Origin: Eledone cirrhosa
Taxonomy: Eukaryota
Assembly: GCA_964016885.1 (NCBI GenBank)
Contig: OZ024740.1
Location: 7,130,001-7,194,000, forward strand
Reading direction: 5' to 3'
DNA length: 64,000 bases
The translations under genes and the position numbers were made by a program. The notes beneath the pieces are model-generated. The model was not told where the DNA came from, ran no database searches, and saw only the letters and a list, made by a program, of their open reading frames with translations. Shown here piece by piece: positions 30,361 through 44,200 of this stretch (position 1 is its first letter; the number at the start of each line of letters is the position of its first letter).

Positions 30361-32299
30361 TATTACCAGCTGTGGTGAGGCTTACATTTCACATCTGAGC
30401 TGGGACTATTACCAGCTCTGGTGAGGCCTATATTTCACATCCGACCTGGGACTATTTCCGGCTATGGTCAGACCTTCATTTGACATCTGACCTGGGACTA
30501 TTACCAGCTATGTTGAGGTCTACATTTCACATCTGACCTGGGACTATTACCAGATATGGTGACGCCTACATTTCACATCTGACCTGGGACTATTTCCAGC
30601 TCTGGTGAGGCCTACATTTCACATGTGATCTGCGACTATACCAGCTCTTGTGAGGTCTACATTTCACGTCGGACCTGGGATTATTACTAGCTGTGGTGAG
30701 GTCTACGTTTCACATCTGACCTGGGACTATTCCCAGCTGTGATACGGTTACATTTCACATCTGACCAGGGACTATTACCAGCTCTGGTGAGGTCTACATT
30801 TCACATCTGACCTGGGAATATTACCAGCTATTGTGAGGCATACATTTCACATCTGACCTGGGACTATTACCAGCTATGGTGAGGCCTATATTTCACATAT
30901 GACCTGGAACTATTACCAGCTTTGGTGAGGCCTACATTTCAATCTGATCTGGGACTATTACAAGCTCTGGTTAGGACTACATTTCACATCTGAGCTTGGA
31001 CTATTACCAGCTATGGTGCGTCGTACATTTCACATTTGACCTGGGACAATTATCAGCTATGGTGAGGTCTACATTTCAATATGACCTGGGACTATTACCA
31101 GCTATTGTGAGACTTACATTTTACATCTGACATGGGACTATTACCAGCTATGGTGAGGCCTACATTTCACATCTGATCTGGGACTATTACCAGCTATGGT
31201 GACGCCTATATTTCACATCTGACCTGGGACAATTACCTGCTCTGGTGAGACCTACATTTCACATCTGACCTGCGACTATTACCAGCTATGGTGATGCCTA
31301 CATTTCACATCTGACCTGCGACTATTACCAGCTCTGGGGAGTTCTACATTTCACATCTGACTTGGTACTATTACCAGCTGTGGTGAGGCCTACATTTCAC
31401 GTCTGAGCTGGGAGTATTACCAGCTCTGGTGAGGCCAAAATTTCACATCCGACATGGGACTATTACCAGCTCTGGTGAGGTCTACATTTCACATCTCACC
31501 TGGGAATATTACCAGCTATGGTGAGCCCTGCATTTCACATCTGACCTGGGACTATTACCAGCTATTGTGAGGCCTACATTTCACAACTGACCTGGGACTA
31601 TTACCAGCTGTAGTGAAGTATACATTTCACATATGACCTGAGAGTATTACCTGCTCTGGTGAGGCCTACATTTCACATCTGATCTGCGACTATTACTATC
31701 TCTGGTGAAGCCTACATTTCACATCTTACCTGGACTATTACTAGCTGTGGTGAGGTCTACATTTCACATCTGACCTGGGACTATTACCAGCTGTGGTAAG
31801 GTTTACTTTTCAGATCTGACCTGGGACTATTACCAGCTATTGTGAAGCCTACATTTCCCAACTGACCTGGGACTATTACCAGCTATTGTGAGGCCTACAT
31901 TTCACATCTGACCTGGCACTATGACCAGCTATTGTGAGACTTATATTTCACATCTGACATGGGGCTATTACCAGCTATGGTTAGGCCTACATTTCATATC
32001 TGACCTGGGACTATTACCAGCTCTGGTGAGGCCTACATTTCACATCTGATTCGGGACTATTACCAGCTATGGTGACGCCTACATTTCACATCTGACCTGG
32101 GACTATTACCAGCTCTGGTGAGGCCTACATTTCACATCTGACCTGCGACTATTATCAGCTCTTGTGAAGTCTATATTTCAGATCTGACCTGGGACTATTA
32201 CTATCTCTGGTGAGGCCTAAATTTCACATCTGAGCTGGGATTATTACCAGCTCTGGTGAGGTCTACATATCACATCTTACCTGGGACTAATACCAGCTA

Positions 32300-35200
32300 T
32301 GGTGGGGCTACATTTCACATCTCACCTGGGACTATTTCCAGCTATGGTGAGGCCTACATTTCACATCTGACCTTGGAATATTACCAGCTATGGTAAGGTC
32401 TAGATTTCACATCTGACCTGGGACAATTACTAGCTGTGGTGAGGTATACATTTCACATCTGACCTGGGACTAATACCAGCTATGGTGAGGCCTACATTTC
32501 ACATCTGACCTGGGACTATTACCAGCTATGGTGAGGTCTACATTTCACATCTGACCCTGGACTATTAACAGCTGTGGTAAGGTTTACTTTTCACATCTAA
32601 CCAGGGACAATTACCAGCTCTGGTGAGGCCTACATTTCACAGCTGACATGCGACTATTTCCAGCTATTGTGAGGTCTACATTTCACATCTAACCTGGAAC
32701 TATTACCAGCTATGGTGCGACCTACATCTCACATCTGAGCTGAGACTATTACTAGCTCTGGTGCGGTCTACATTTCAATCTGACCTGGGACTAATACCAG
32801 CTCTGGTGAGGTCTATATTTCACATCTGAACTGGGACTATTACCAGCTATGGTAAGGTCTACATTTCACATATGACCTGGGACTATTACTAGCTATGGTG
32901 AAGCTTACATTTCACATCTAACCTGGGATTATTACCAGCTCTGGTGTGGTCTACATTTCACATCTGAGCTGGGACTATTACAAGCTGTGGTGAGACCTAC
33001 ATTTCACATCTGACCTTGGACTATTACTATCTCTGGTGAGGCCTACATTTCACATCTAACCTGGGACTATTACCAGCTATGGAGAGGCATACATTTCACA
33101 TCTAACCTGGAACTATTACCAGCTGTGGTGAGGCTACATTTCACATCCGAACTGGGACTATTACCAGCTCTGGTGAGGTCTACATTTCACATCTGACCAG
33201 GGACTATTACCAGCTATGGTGAGCCCTATATTTCACATCTGACCTGGGACTATTACCAGCTATGGTGATGCCTACATTTTACATCTGACCTGGGACTATT
33301 ACCAACTATGGTGAGGCCTACATCTCACATCTGACCGGGCACTATTACCAGCTCTGGTGAGGCCTACATTTCACATCTGACCTGGGACTACTACCAGCTA
33401 TGGTGAGGCCTACATTTCACATCTGTCCTGGGAATAATACCAGATGTGGTGAGGTATACATCTCACATCTGACCTGGGACTAATACCAGCTCTGGTAAGA
33501 CCTACATTTCACATCTGACTGGGACTATTACCGGCTATGGTGAAGACTATATTTCACATCTGACCTGGAACTATTACCAGCTATAGCGAGGCCTAGATTT
33601 CACATCTGACCTGGGACTATTACCAGCTGTGGTGAAGCCTACATTTCACATCTGACCTGGAATTATTACCAGCTCTAGTGAAGTCTACATTTCACATCTG
33701 ACCTGGGACTATTACCAGCTATGGTGAGGCCTACACTTATACATCTGTCCTGGGACTTTTAGCATTTATGGTCAGGTCTACATTTCACATCTGACCTGGG
33801 ACTAACACCAGCCCTGGTGAGGCCTACATTTCACATCTGACCTGGGACTACTACCAGCTATGGTGAGGCCTACATTTCACATATAACCTGGGAATAATAC
33901 CAGATGTGGTGAGGTATACATCTCACATCTGACCTGGGACTATTACCAGCTCTGGTGTGACCTAAATTTCACATCTTACCTGGGACTATTACCAGCTCTG
34001 GTGAGGCCTACATTTCACATCTGACCTGGAACTATTACCAGCTATGGTGAGGTCTACATTTCACATCTGACTTGGGACTAACACCAGCTATGGTGAGGTC
34101 TACATTTCACATCTGATCGGGGACTATTACCAGCTGTGGTGAGGCCTACATTTCACATCTGATCTGGGACTAATACCAGCTCTGGTGAGACCTATATTTG
34201 ACATCTGACCTGTGACTATTACCAGCTCTGGTGAGGCCTACATTTCACATGTGACCTGGGAATATTACCAGCTGTGGTGAGGCCTACATTTCACATCTGA
34301 CCTGGGACTATTACCAGCTATGGTGAGGTCTACATTTCACATCTGACCCTGGACTATTAACAGCTGTGGTAAGGTTTACTTTTCACATCTGACCAGGGAC
34401 AATTACCAGCTCTGGTGAGGCCTACATTTCACAGCTGACATGGGACTATTTCCAGCTCTGGTGAGGCCTACATTTCATATCTGACCTGCGACTATTACCA
34501 GCTCTTGTGAGGTCTACATTTCAGATCTGACCTGGGACTATTACTATCTCTGGTAAGGCGTACATTTCACATCTGACTTTGGAATATTACCAGCTTTGGT
34601 AAGGTCTAGATTTCACATCTGACCTGGGACTATTACCAGCTATGGTGAGGCCTACATTTCACATCTGACCTGGGACTATTTCCAGCTATGGTGAGGCCTA
34701 CACTTATACATCTGACCTGGGACTTTTAGCATTTCTGGTCAGGTCTACATTTCACATCTGACCTGGGACTAACACCAGCTCTGGTTAGACCATTATTTCA
34801 CATCTGACCTGGGAATATTTCCAGCTCTGGTGAGGCCTGTATTTCACATCTGAGCTGGGACTAAAACCAGCTATGATGAGGTCTACATTTCACATCTGAT
34901 CTGGGATTATTACCAGCTCTGGTGTGGTCTACATTTCACATCTGACCTGCGACTATTACCAGCTGTGGTGAGGCCTACATTTCACATCTGACCTGGGACT
35001 ATTACTATCTCTGGTGAGGCCTACATTTCACACCTGACATGGGACTATTACCAGCTATGGAGAGGCCTACATTTCACATCTAACCTTGAAAATTTACCAG
35101 CTATGGCGAGGCCTACATTTCACATCTGAACTGGGATTATTAGAAGCTCTGGTGAGGTCTACATTTCACATCTGACCTGGGACTATTACCAGCTCTGGTG

Positions 35201-38200
35201 AGGCCTACATTTCACATCCGACCTGGGACTATTACCAGCTCTGGTGTGGTCTACATTTCACATCTGACCTGGGCCTATTACCAGCTATGGTGAGCCCTAT
35301 ATTTCACATCTGACCTGGGACTATTACCTGCTATGGTAAGGTCTACATTTCACATCTGACCTGGGACTATTACTAGCTGTGGTGAGGTATACATTTCACA
35401 TCTGACCTGGGACTATTTCCAGCTATGGTGATGCCTACATTTCACATCTGACCTGGGACTATTACATACTATGGTGAGGCCTACATTTCACATCTGACCA
35501 GGGACTATACCAGCTCTGGTGAGGCCTACATTTCACATCTGACCTGGCACTACTACCAGCTATGGTGAGGCCTACATTTTACATCTGACCTGGGAATATT
35601 ACCAGATGTGGTGAGGTATACATCTCACCTCTGACCTGGGACTAATACCAGCTCTGGTGAGACCTACATTTCACATCTTACCTGGGACTATTACCGGCTC
35701 TGGTGAGGCCTACATTTCACATCTGATCTCGGACTAATACCAGCTCTGGTGAGACCTACATTTCACATCTGACCTGGAACTATTACCAGCTATAGTGAGG
35801 CCTAGATTTCACATCTGACCTGGGACTATTACCAGCTATGGTGAGGCCTACACTTATACATCTGTCCTGGGACTATTACCATTTCTGGTGAGGTCTACGT
35901 TTCACATCTGACCTGGGAGTATTACCAGCTGCGGTGTGGAATACATTTCAGATCTGACCTGGGATTAACACCAATTCTGGTGAGACCTACATTTCACATC
36001 TGACCTGGGACTATTACCAGCTATGGTGATGCCTACATTTCACATCTGACCTAGGACTATTATCAACTATGGTGAGGCCTACATTTCACATCCGTCCTGG
36101 GACTATTACCAGCTCTGGTGAGGTCTACATTTCACATCTGACCTGCGACTATTACCAGCTGTGGTGAGGCCTACATTTCACATCTGACCTGGGACTATTA
36201 CTATCTCTGGTGAGGCCTACATTTCACACCTGACATGGGACTATTACCAGCTCTGGTGAACTCTATATTTCACATCTGACCTGGGACTAATACCAGCTAT
36301 GGTGAGGCCTACATGTCACATGTGATTTGTGACTTTTACCATGTTTGGTAAGGCCTACATTTCACATCTGACCTGGGTATATTACTATCTCTGGCGAGGC
36401 CTACATTTCACATCTTAATTGCGACTATTACCAGCTCTGGTGACGTCTACATTTCACATCTGACCTGGGACTATTACCAGCTCTGGTGAGGTCTACATTT
36501 CACATCTGACCTGGGACTATTACCAGCTATGGTAAGGTCTACATTTCACATCTGACCTGGGACTATTACCAGCTATTGTGAGGCCTACATTACACATCTG
36601 ACCTAAGACTATTACCAGCTATGGTGACGCCTACATTTCACATCTGACCTGGGGCTATTACCAGCTCTGTTGAAGCCTACATTTCACATCTGACCTTGGA
36701 ATATTACCATCTATGGTGAGGCCTACATTTCACATCTGACCTGCGACTATTACCAGCTGTGGTGAGGCCTACATTTCACATCTGACCTGGGAATATTACC
36801 ATCTATGGTGAGGCCTACATTTCACATCTGACCTGGGAATATTACCATCTATGGTGAGGTATACATTTCACATCTGACCTGGGAATATTACCAGCTATGG
36901 TGATGCCTATATTTCACATCTGACCTAGGACTATTACCAACTATGGTGAGGCCTACATTTCACATCTGACCAGGGACTATTACCAGCTCTGGTGAGGCCT
37001 ACATTTCACATCTAACCTGGGACTATTACCAGCTATGGTGAGGCCTACATTTCACATCTGACATGGGACTATTACCAGCTGTGGTGAGGCTTACATTTCA
37101 TATCTGACCTGGGTCTATTACCAGCTGTGGTGAGGCCTACATTTCACATCTAATCTGGGACTATTACATACTATGGTGAGGCCTACATTTCACATCTGAC
37201 CAGGGACTATACCAGCTCTGGTGAGGCCTACATTTCACATCTGACCTGGCACTACTACCAGCTATGGTGAGGCCTACATTTCACATCTGACCTGGGAATA
37301 TTACCAGATGTGGTGAGGTATACATCTCACATCTGACCTGGGACTAATACCAGCTCTGGTGAGACCTAGATTTCACATCTTACCTGGGACTATTACCAGC
37401 TCTAGTGAGGCCTACATTTCACATCTCACCTGGGACTAATACCTGCTATGGTGAGGCCTACATTTCATATCTGACCTGGATCTATTACCAGCTGTGGTGA
37501 GGTCTACATTTCACATCTGACTTGGGACTAATACCAGCTATCATGAGGTCTACATTTCACCTCTGACCTGGGACTATTACCAGCTCTGGTGAGGCCTACA
37601 TTTCACATCTGATCTAGGACTAATACCAGCTCTGGTGAGACCTACATTTCACATCTGACCTGGGACTATTACCAGCTCTGGTGAGGCCTACATTTCACAT
37701 CTGACCTGGGACTATTACCAGCTGTGGTGAGGCCTATATTTCACATCTGACCTGGGACTATTACCAGCTATGGTGAGTCCTACACTTATACATCTGTACT
37801 GGGACTATTACCATTTCTGGTGAGGTCTACATTTCACATCTGACCTGGGACTATTACCAGCTGTGGTGAGGTATACATTTCAGATCTGACCTGGGATTAA
37901 CACCAATTCTGGTGAGACCTACATTTCACATCTGACCTGGGACTATTACCAGCTATGGTGATGCCTACATTTCACATCTGACCTAGGACTATTATCAACT
38001 ATGGTGAGGCCTACATTTCACATCCGACCTGGGACTATTACCAGCTCTGGTGAGGTCTACATTTCACATCTGACCTGGGACTATTACCAGCTCTGGTGAG
38101 GTCTACATTTCACATCCGACCTGGGACTATTACTAGCTCTGGTGAACTCTATATTTCACATCTGACCTGGGACAAATTCCAGCTATGGTGAGGGCTACAT

Positions 38201-41200
38201 GTCACATGTGACTTGTGACTTTTACCATGTTTGGTAAGGCCTACATTTCACATCTGACCTGGGTATATTACTATCTCTGGTGAGGCCTACATTTCACACA
38301 TGACCTGGGACTATTACCAGCTCTGGTGAGGTATACATTTCACATCTGACCTGGGACTATTACCAGCTATGGTGAGGCCTACACTTATACATCTGACCTG
38401 GGACTACTACCATTTCTGGTCAGGTCTACATTTCACATCTGACCTGGGACTATTACCAGCTGTAGTGAGGTATACATTTCAGATCTGACCTCGGATTAAC
38501 ACCAATTCTGGTGAGACCTACATTTCACATCTGACCCGGGACTATTACCAACTATGGTGAGGCCTACATTTCACATCTGACCTGGGACTATTACCAGCTA
38601 TGGTGAGGCCTACATTTCATATCTGACCTGGGTCTATTACCAGCTGTGGTGAGGTCTACATTTCACATCTGACTTGGGACTATTACCAACTATGGTGAGG
38701 CCTACATTTCACATCTGACCTGGGACTATTACCAGCTATGGTGACGCCTACATGTCACATGTGACTTGTGCCTATTACCATCTCTGGTGAGGTCTACATT
38801 TCACATCTGACCTGGGACTATTAGCAGCTATGGTGAGGCTTACATTTCACATCTAATCTGGGACTATTACCAGCTCTGGTGACGTCTACATTTCACATCT
38901 GATCTGGGTCTATTACCAGCTATGGTGAGGTCTAGATTTCACATCTGACCTGGGACTATTACCAGCTCTGGTGAGGCCTACATTTCACATCTGATCTGGG
39001 ACTAATACCAGCTCTGGTGAGACCTACATTTCACATCTGACCTGGGACTATTACCAGCTCTGGTGAGGCCTACATTTCACATCTGACCTGGGAATATTAC
39101 CAGCTGTGGTGAGGCCTACATTTCACATCTGACCTGGGACTATTACCAGCTATGGTAAGGCCTACATTTCATATCTGACCTGGGTCTATTACCAGCTGTG
39201 GTGAGGTCTACATTTCACATCTGACTTGGGACTAATACCAGCTATGGTGAGGCCTACATTTCACATCTGACCTGGGAATATTTCCAGCTCTGGTGAGGCC
39301 TGCATTTAACATCTGACCTGGGACTAAAACCAGCTATGGTGAGGTCTACATTTCACATCTGACCTGGGTCTATTTCAAGCTATTGTGAGGCCTACATTTC
39401 ACATCTGACGTGGGACTATTACCAGCTCTGGTGAGGCCTATATTTCACATCTGACCTGGGACTATTACCAACTATGATGACGCCTACATTTCACATCTGA
39501 CCTGGGACTATTACCAGCTCTGGTGAGGCCTATATTTCACATCTGACCCGAGACTCTTACCTGCTCTTGTGAGGTCTACATTTCACATCTGACCTGGGAA
39601 TATTACTATCCCTGGTGAGGCCTACATTTCACATCTAACCTGGAACTATTACCAGCTATGGTGCGATCTACATTTCAATCTGACCTGGGACTAATACCAG
39701 CTCTGGTGAGGCCTACTTTCACATCCGACCTGGGACTATTACTAGCTCTGGTGAGGTCTATATTTCACATCTGACCTGGGACTATTACCAGCTATGGTAA
39801 GGTCTACATTTCACATCTGACCTGGGAATATTACCAGCTGTGGTGAGGCCTACATTTCACATCTGACCTGGGACTATTTCCAGCTATGGTGAGGCATACA
39901 TTTCATATCTGACCTGGATCTATTACCAGCTATGGTGAGGTCTACATTTCACATCTGACTTGGGACTAATACCAGCTATGATGAGGTCTATGTTTCACAT
40001 TTGACCTGGGACTATTACCAGCTCTGGTGAGGCCTACATTTCAAATCTGACATGGGATTATTACCAGCTGTGGTGAGACCTACATTTCACATCTGACCTG
40101 GGAATATTACCAGCTATGGTAAGGTCTACATTTCACATCTGACCTGGGACTATTACTAGCTATGGTGAGTTCTACATTTCATATCTGACCTGGGACTATT
40201 ACTAGCTGTGGTGAGATCTACATTTCACCTCTGACCTGGGACTATTACCAGCTATTGTGAGGCCTACATTACACATCTGACCTAAGACTATTACCAGCTA
40301 TGGTGAGGCCTACTTTTCACATCTGACCTGGGATTATTACCAGCTATGGTGATGCCTACATTTCACATCTGACCTGGGACTATTACCATATATGGTGAGA
40401 CCTACATTTCACATCTGACCTGCGACTGTTACCAGCTGTGGTGAGTCCTACATTTCACATCTGACCTGGGAATATAACTATCTCTGGTGAGGCCTACATT
40501 TCACACATGACATGGGACTATTACCAGCTATGGAGAGGCCTACATTTCACATCTAACCTGGAACTATTACCAGCTATGGCGAGGCCTACATTTCACATCT
40601 TAACTGGGACTATTACCAGCTCTGGTGACGTCTACATTTCACATCTGACCTGGGACTGTTACCAGCTCTGGTGAGGTCTACATTTCACATCCGACCTGGG
40701 ACTATTACCTGCTATGGTAAGGTCTACATTTCACATCTGACCTGGGACTATTACTAGCTGTGGTGAGGTATACATTTCACATTTGACCTGGGAATATTAC
40801 CAGCTATGGTGATGCCTACATTTCACATCTGACATGGGATTATTACCAGCTGTGGTGAGACCTACATTTCACATCTAACCTGGGACTAATACCAGCTATG
40901 GTGAGGCCTACATGTCACATGTGACTTGTGACTTTTACCATCTTTGGTAAGGCCTATATTTCACATCTGACCTGGGAATATTATCAGCTATGGTGAGGCC
41001 TACATTTCACATCTGATCTGGGATTATTACCAGCTGTGGTGAGGCCTACATTTCACACCTGACATGGGTCTATTACCAGCTATGGAGAGTCCTACATTTC
41101 ACATCTAACCTGGAACTATTACCAGCTATGGCGAGGCCTACATTTCTCATCTGAACTGGGACTATTACCAGCTCTGGTGAGGTCTACATTTCACATCTGA

Positions 41201-44200
41201 CCTGGCACTATTACCAGCTCTGGTGAGGCCTACATTTCACATCTGACCTGGGACTATTACTAGCTGTGGTGAGGTATACATTTCATATCTGACCTGGGAC
41301 TATTTCCAGTTATGGTGATGCCTACATTTCACATCTGACCTGGGACTATTACATACTATGGTGAGGCCTACATTTCACATCTGACCTGGCACTACCACCA
41401 GCTATGGTGAAGCATACATTTCACATTTGACCTGGGAATATTACCAGATGTGGTGAGGTATACATCTCACATCTGACCTGGGACTAATACCAGCTCTGGT
41501 GAGACCTACATTTCACATCTTACCTGGGACTATTACCAGCTCTGGTGAGGCCTAAATTTCACATCTCAGCTTGGACTAATACCAGCTATGGTGAAGCCTA
41601 CATTTCATATCTGACCTGGATCTATTACCAGCTGTGGTGATGTCTACATTTCACATCTGATCTGGGACTATTACCAGCTCTAGTGAGGCCTACATTTCAC
41701 ATCTGACCTGGAACTATTACCAGCTATAGTGAGGCCTAGATTTTACATCTGACCTGGGACTATTGCCAGCTATGGTGAGGCCTACACTTATACATCTGTC
41801 CTGGGACTATTACCATTTCTGGTGAGGTTTACATTTCACATCTGACCTAGGAGTATTACCAGCTGTGGTGAGGTATACATTTCAGATCTGACCTGAGATT
41901 AACACCAATTCTGGTGAGACCTACATTTCACATCTGACCTGGGACTATTACCAGCTATAGTGAGGCCTACAATACACATCTGACCTGGGACTAATACCAG
42001 CTATGCTGAGGCCTTCATGTCACATGTGACTTGTGACTATTACCATCATTGGTGAGGTCTACATTTCACATCTGACCTGGGACTATTACCAGCTATGGTG
42101 TGGTCTACATTTCACATCTGACCTGGGACTATTAGCAGCTATGGTGAGGCTTACATTTCAATCTAATATGTGACTATTACCAGCTCTGGTGACGTCTACA
42201 TTTCACATCTGATCTGGGACTATTAACAGCTCTGGTTAGGACTACATTTCACATCTGACCTGGGACTATTACTAGCTGTGGTGAGGTCTACATTTCACAA
42301 CTGACCTGGGACTATTACCAGCTGTGGTAAGGTTTACCTTTCACATCTGACCAGGGACTATTACCAGCTCTGGTGAGGCCTACATTTCACATCTGACCTG
42401 GGACTATTACTAGCTGTGGTGAGGCCTACATTTCACATCTGACCTGCGACTATTACCAGCTCTTGTGACGTCTACATTTCACATCTGACCTGGGACTATT
42501 ACTATCTCTGGTGAGGCCTATATTTCACATCAGACATGGGACTATTACCAGCTATGGAGAGGCCTACATTTCATATCTAACCTGGAACTATTACCAGCTC
42601 TGGTGAGGTCTACATTTCACATCTGACCTATGACTATTACCAGCTGTGTTGACGCTTAGATTTCACATATGTCCTGGGACTATTACCAGCTCTGGTGAGG
42701 CCTACATTTCACACCCGACCTGGGACTATTACCAGCTCTGGTGAGGTCTACATTTCACACCTGACCTGGGACTATTACTAGCTGTGTTGAGGTATACATT
42801 TCACATCTGACCTGGGAATATTACCAGCTCCGGTGAGGCCTACATTTCACATCTGACCTGGGACTACTACCTGCTATGGTGAAGCCTACATTTCACATCT
42901 GACCTGGGACTATTACCTGATGTGGTGAGGTATACATTTCACATCTGACCTGGGACTAATACCAGCTGTGGTGAGGCCTACATTTCACATCTGACTTGGG
43001 ACTAATACCAGCTATGGTGAGGTCTACATTTCACATCTGACTTGGGACAATTACCAGGTCTGGTGAGGCCTACATTTCACATTTGATCTGGGATTATTAC
43101 CAGCTATGGTGAGGCGTACATTTCACATCTGACCTGGGACTATTACCAGCTATGGTGACGCCTACATTTCACATCTGACCTGGGACTATTACCATCTATG
43201 GTGAGGCCTACATTTCACCTCTGACCTGGGACTAACACCAGCTCTGGTGAGACCTACATTTCCCATCTGACATGGGATTAATACCCGCTATGGTGAGGCC
43301 TACATTTCACATCTGATCTGGGACTATTAGCCGCTATGGTGAAGTCTATATTTCACATCTGACCTGGGACTATTACCAGCTCTGGTGAGGCCTACATTTA
43401 TACATCTGACCTGGGACCATTACCATTTCTGGTCAGATCTACAATTCACATCTGACCTGGGAGTACTACCAGCTATGGTGAGGCCTACATTTCACATCTG
43501 ACCTGGGGCTATTACCAGATGTGGTGAGGTATACATCTCACATCTGACCTGGGATTAATACCAGCTCTGGTGAGACCAACATTCCACATCTGACTTGGGA
43601 CTATTACCAACTCTGCTGAGGACTACATTTCACATCCGACCTGGGAGTATTACCAGCTCTGGTGAGGTCTACATTTCATACCTGACCTGGGACTATTACT
43701 AGCTGTGGTGAGGTATACATTTCACATCTAACCTGGGACTATTACCAGCTCTGGTGAGGTCAACATTTCACATCTGATCTGGGACTATTACCAGCTCTGG
43801 TTAGGACTACATTTCACATCTGACCTGGGACTATTACTAGCTGTGGTGAGGTCTACATTTCACATCTGACCTGGGACTATTACCAGCTGTGGTAAGGTTT
43901 ACTTTTCACATCTGACCAGGGAATATTACCAGGTCTGGTGAGGCCTATATTTCACAGCTGACATGGGACTATTTCCAGCTCTGGTGAGGCCTACATTTCA
44001 CATCTGACCTGGGACTATTACCATCTATTGTGAGGCCTACATTTCACATCTGACCTGCGACTATTACCAGCTCTTGTGAGTTCTACATTTCACATCTCAC
44101 CTGGGACTATTACTATCTCTGGTGAGGCCTACATTTCACATCAGACATGGGACTATTACTAGATATGGAGAGGCCTACATTTCAGATCTAACCTGGAACT

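Larger units (their letters stand above)
1..32300. repeat. Left layer of the array: mosaic of reused multi-monomer blocks (irregular higher-order repeats)
   Basis: Diagnostic variants confined here: TAGTGAAGTATAC (about 465, 2471, 6222, 10075, 14070, 16281, 20831, 23633, 25561, 28351, 29959, last 31611), CCACCCATG (3783, 8096, 15584, 17376, 20041, 27242, 28896), GGGGAGTTC/GGGGATTC, GGAAAAATT, and 28/35-bp truncated monomers. The right boundary is approximate. Confidence 0.75.
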
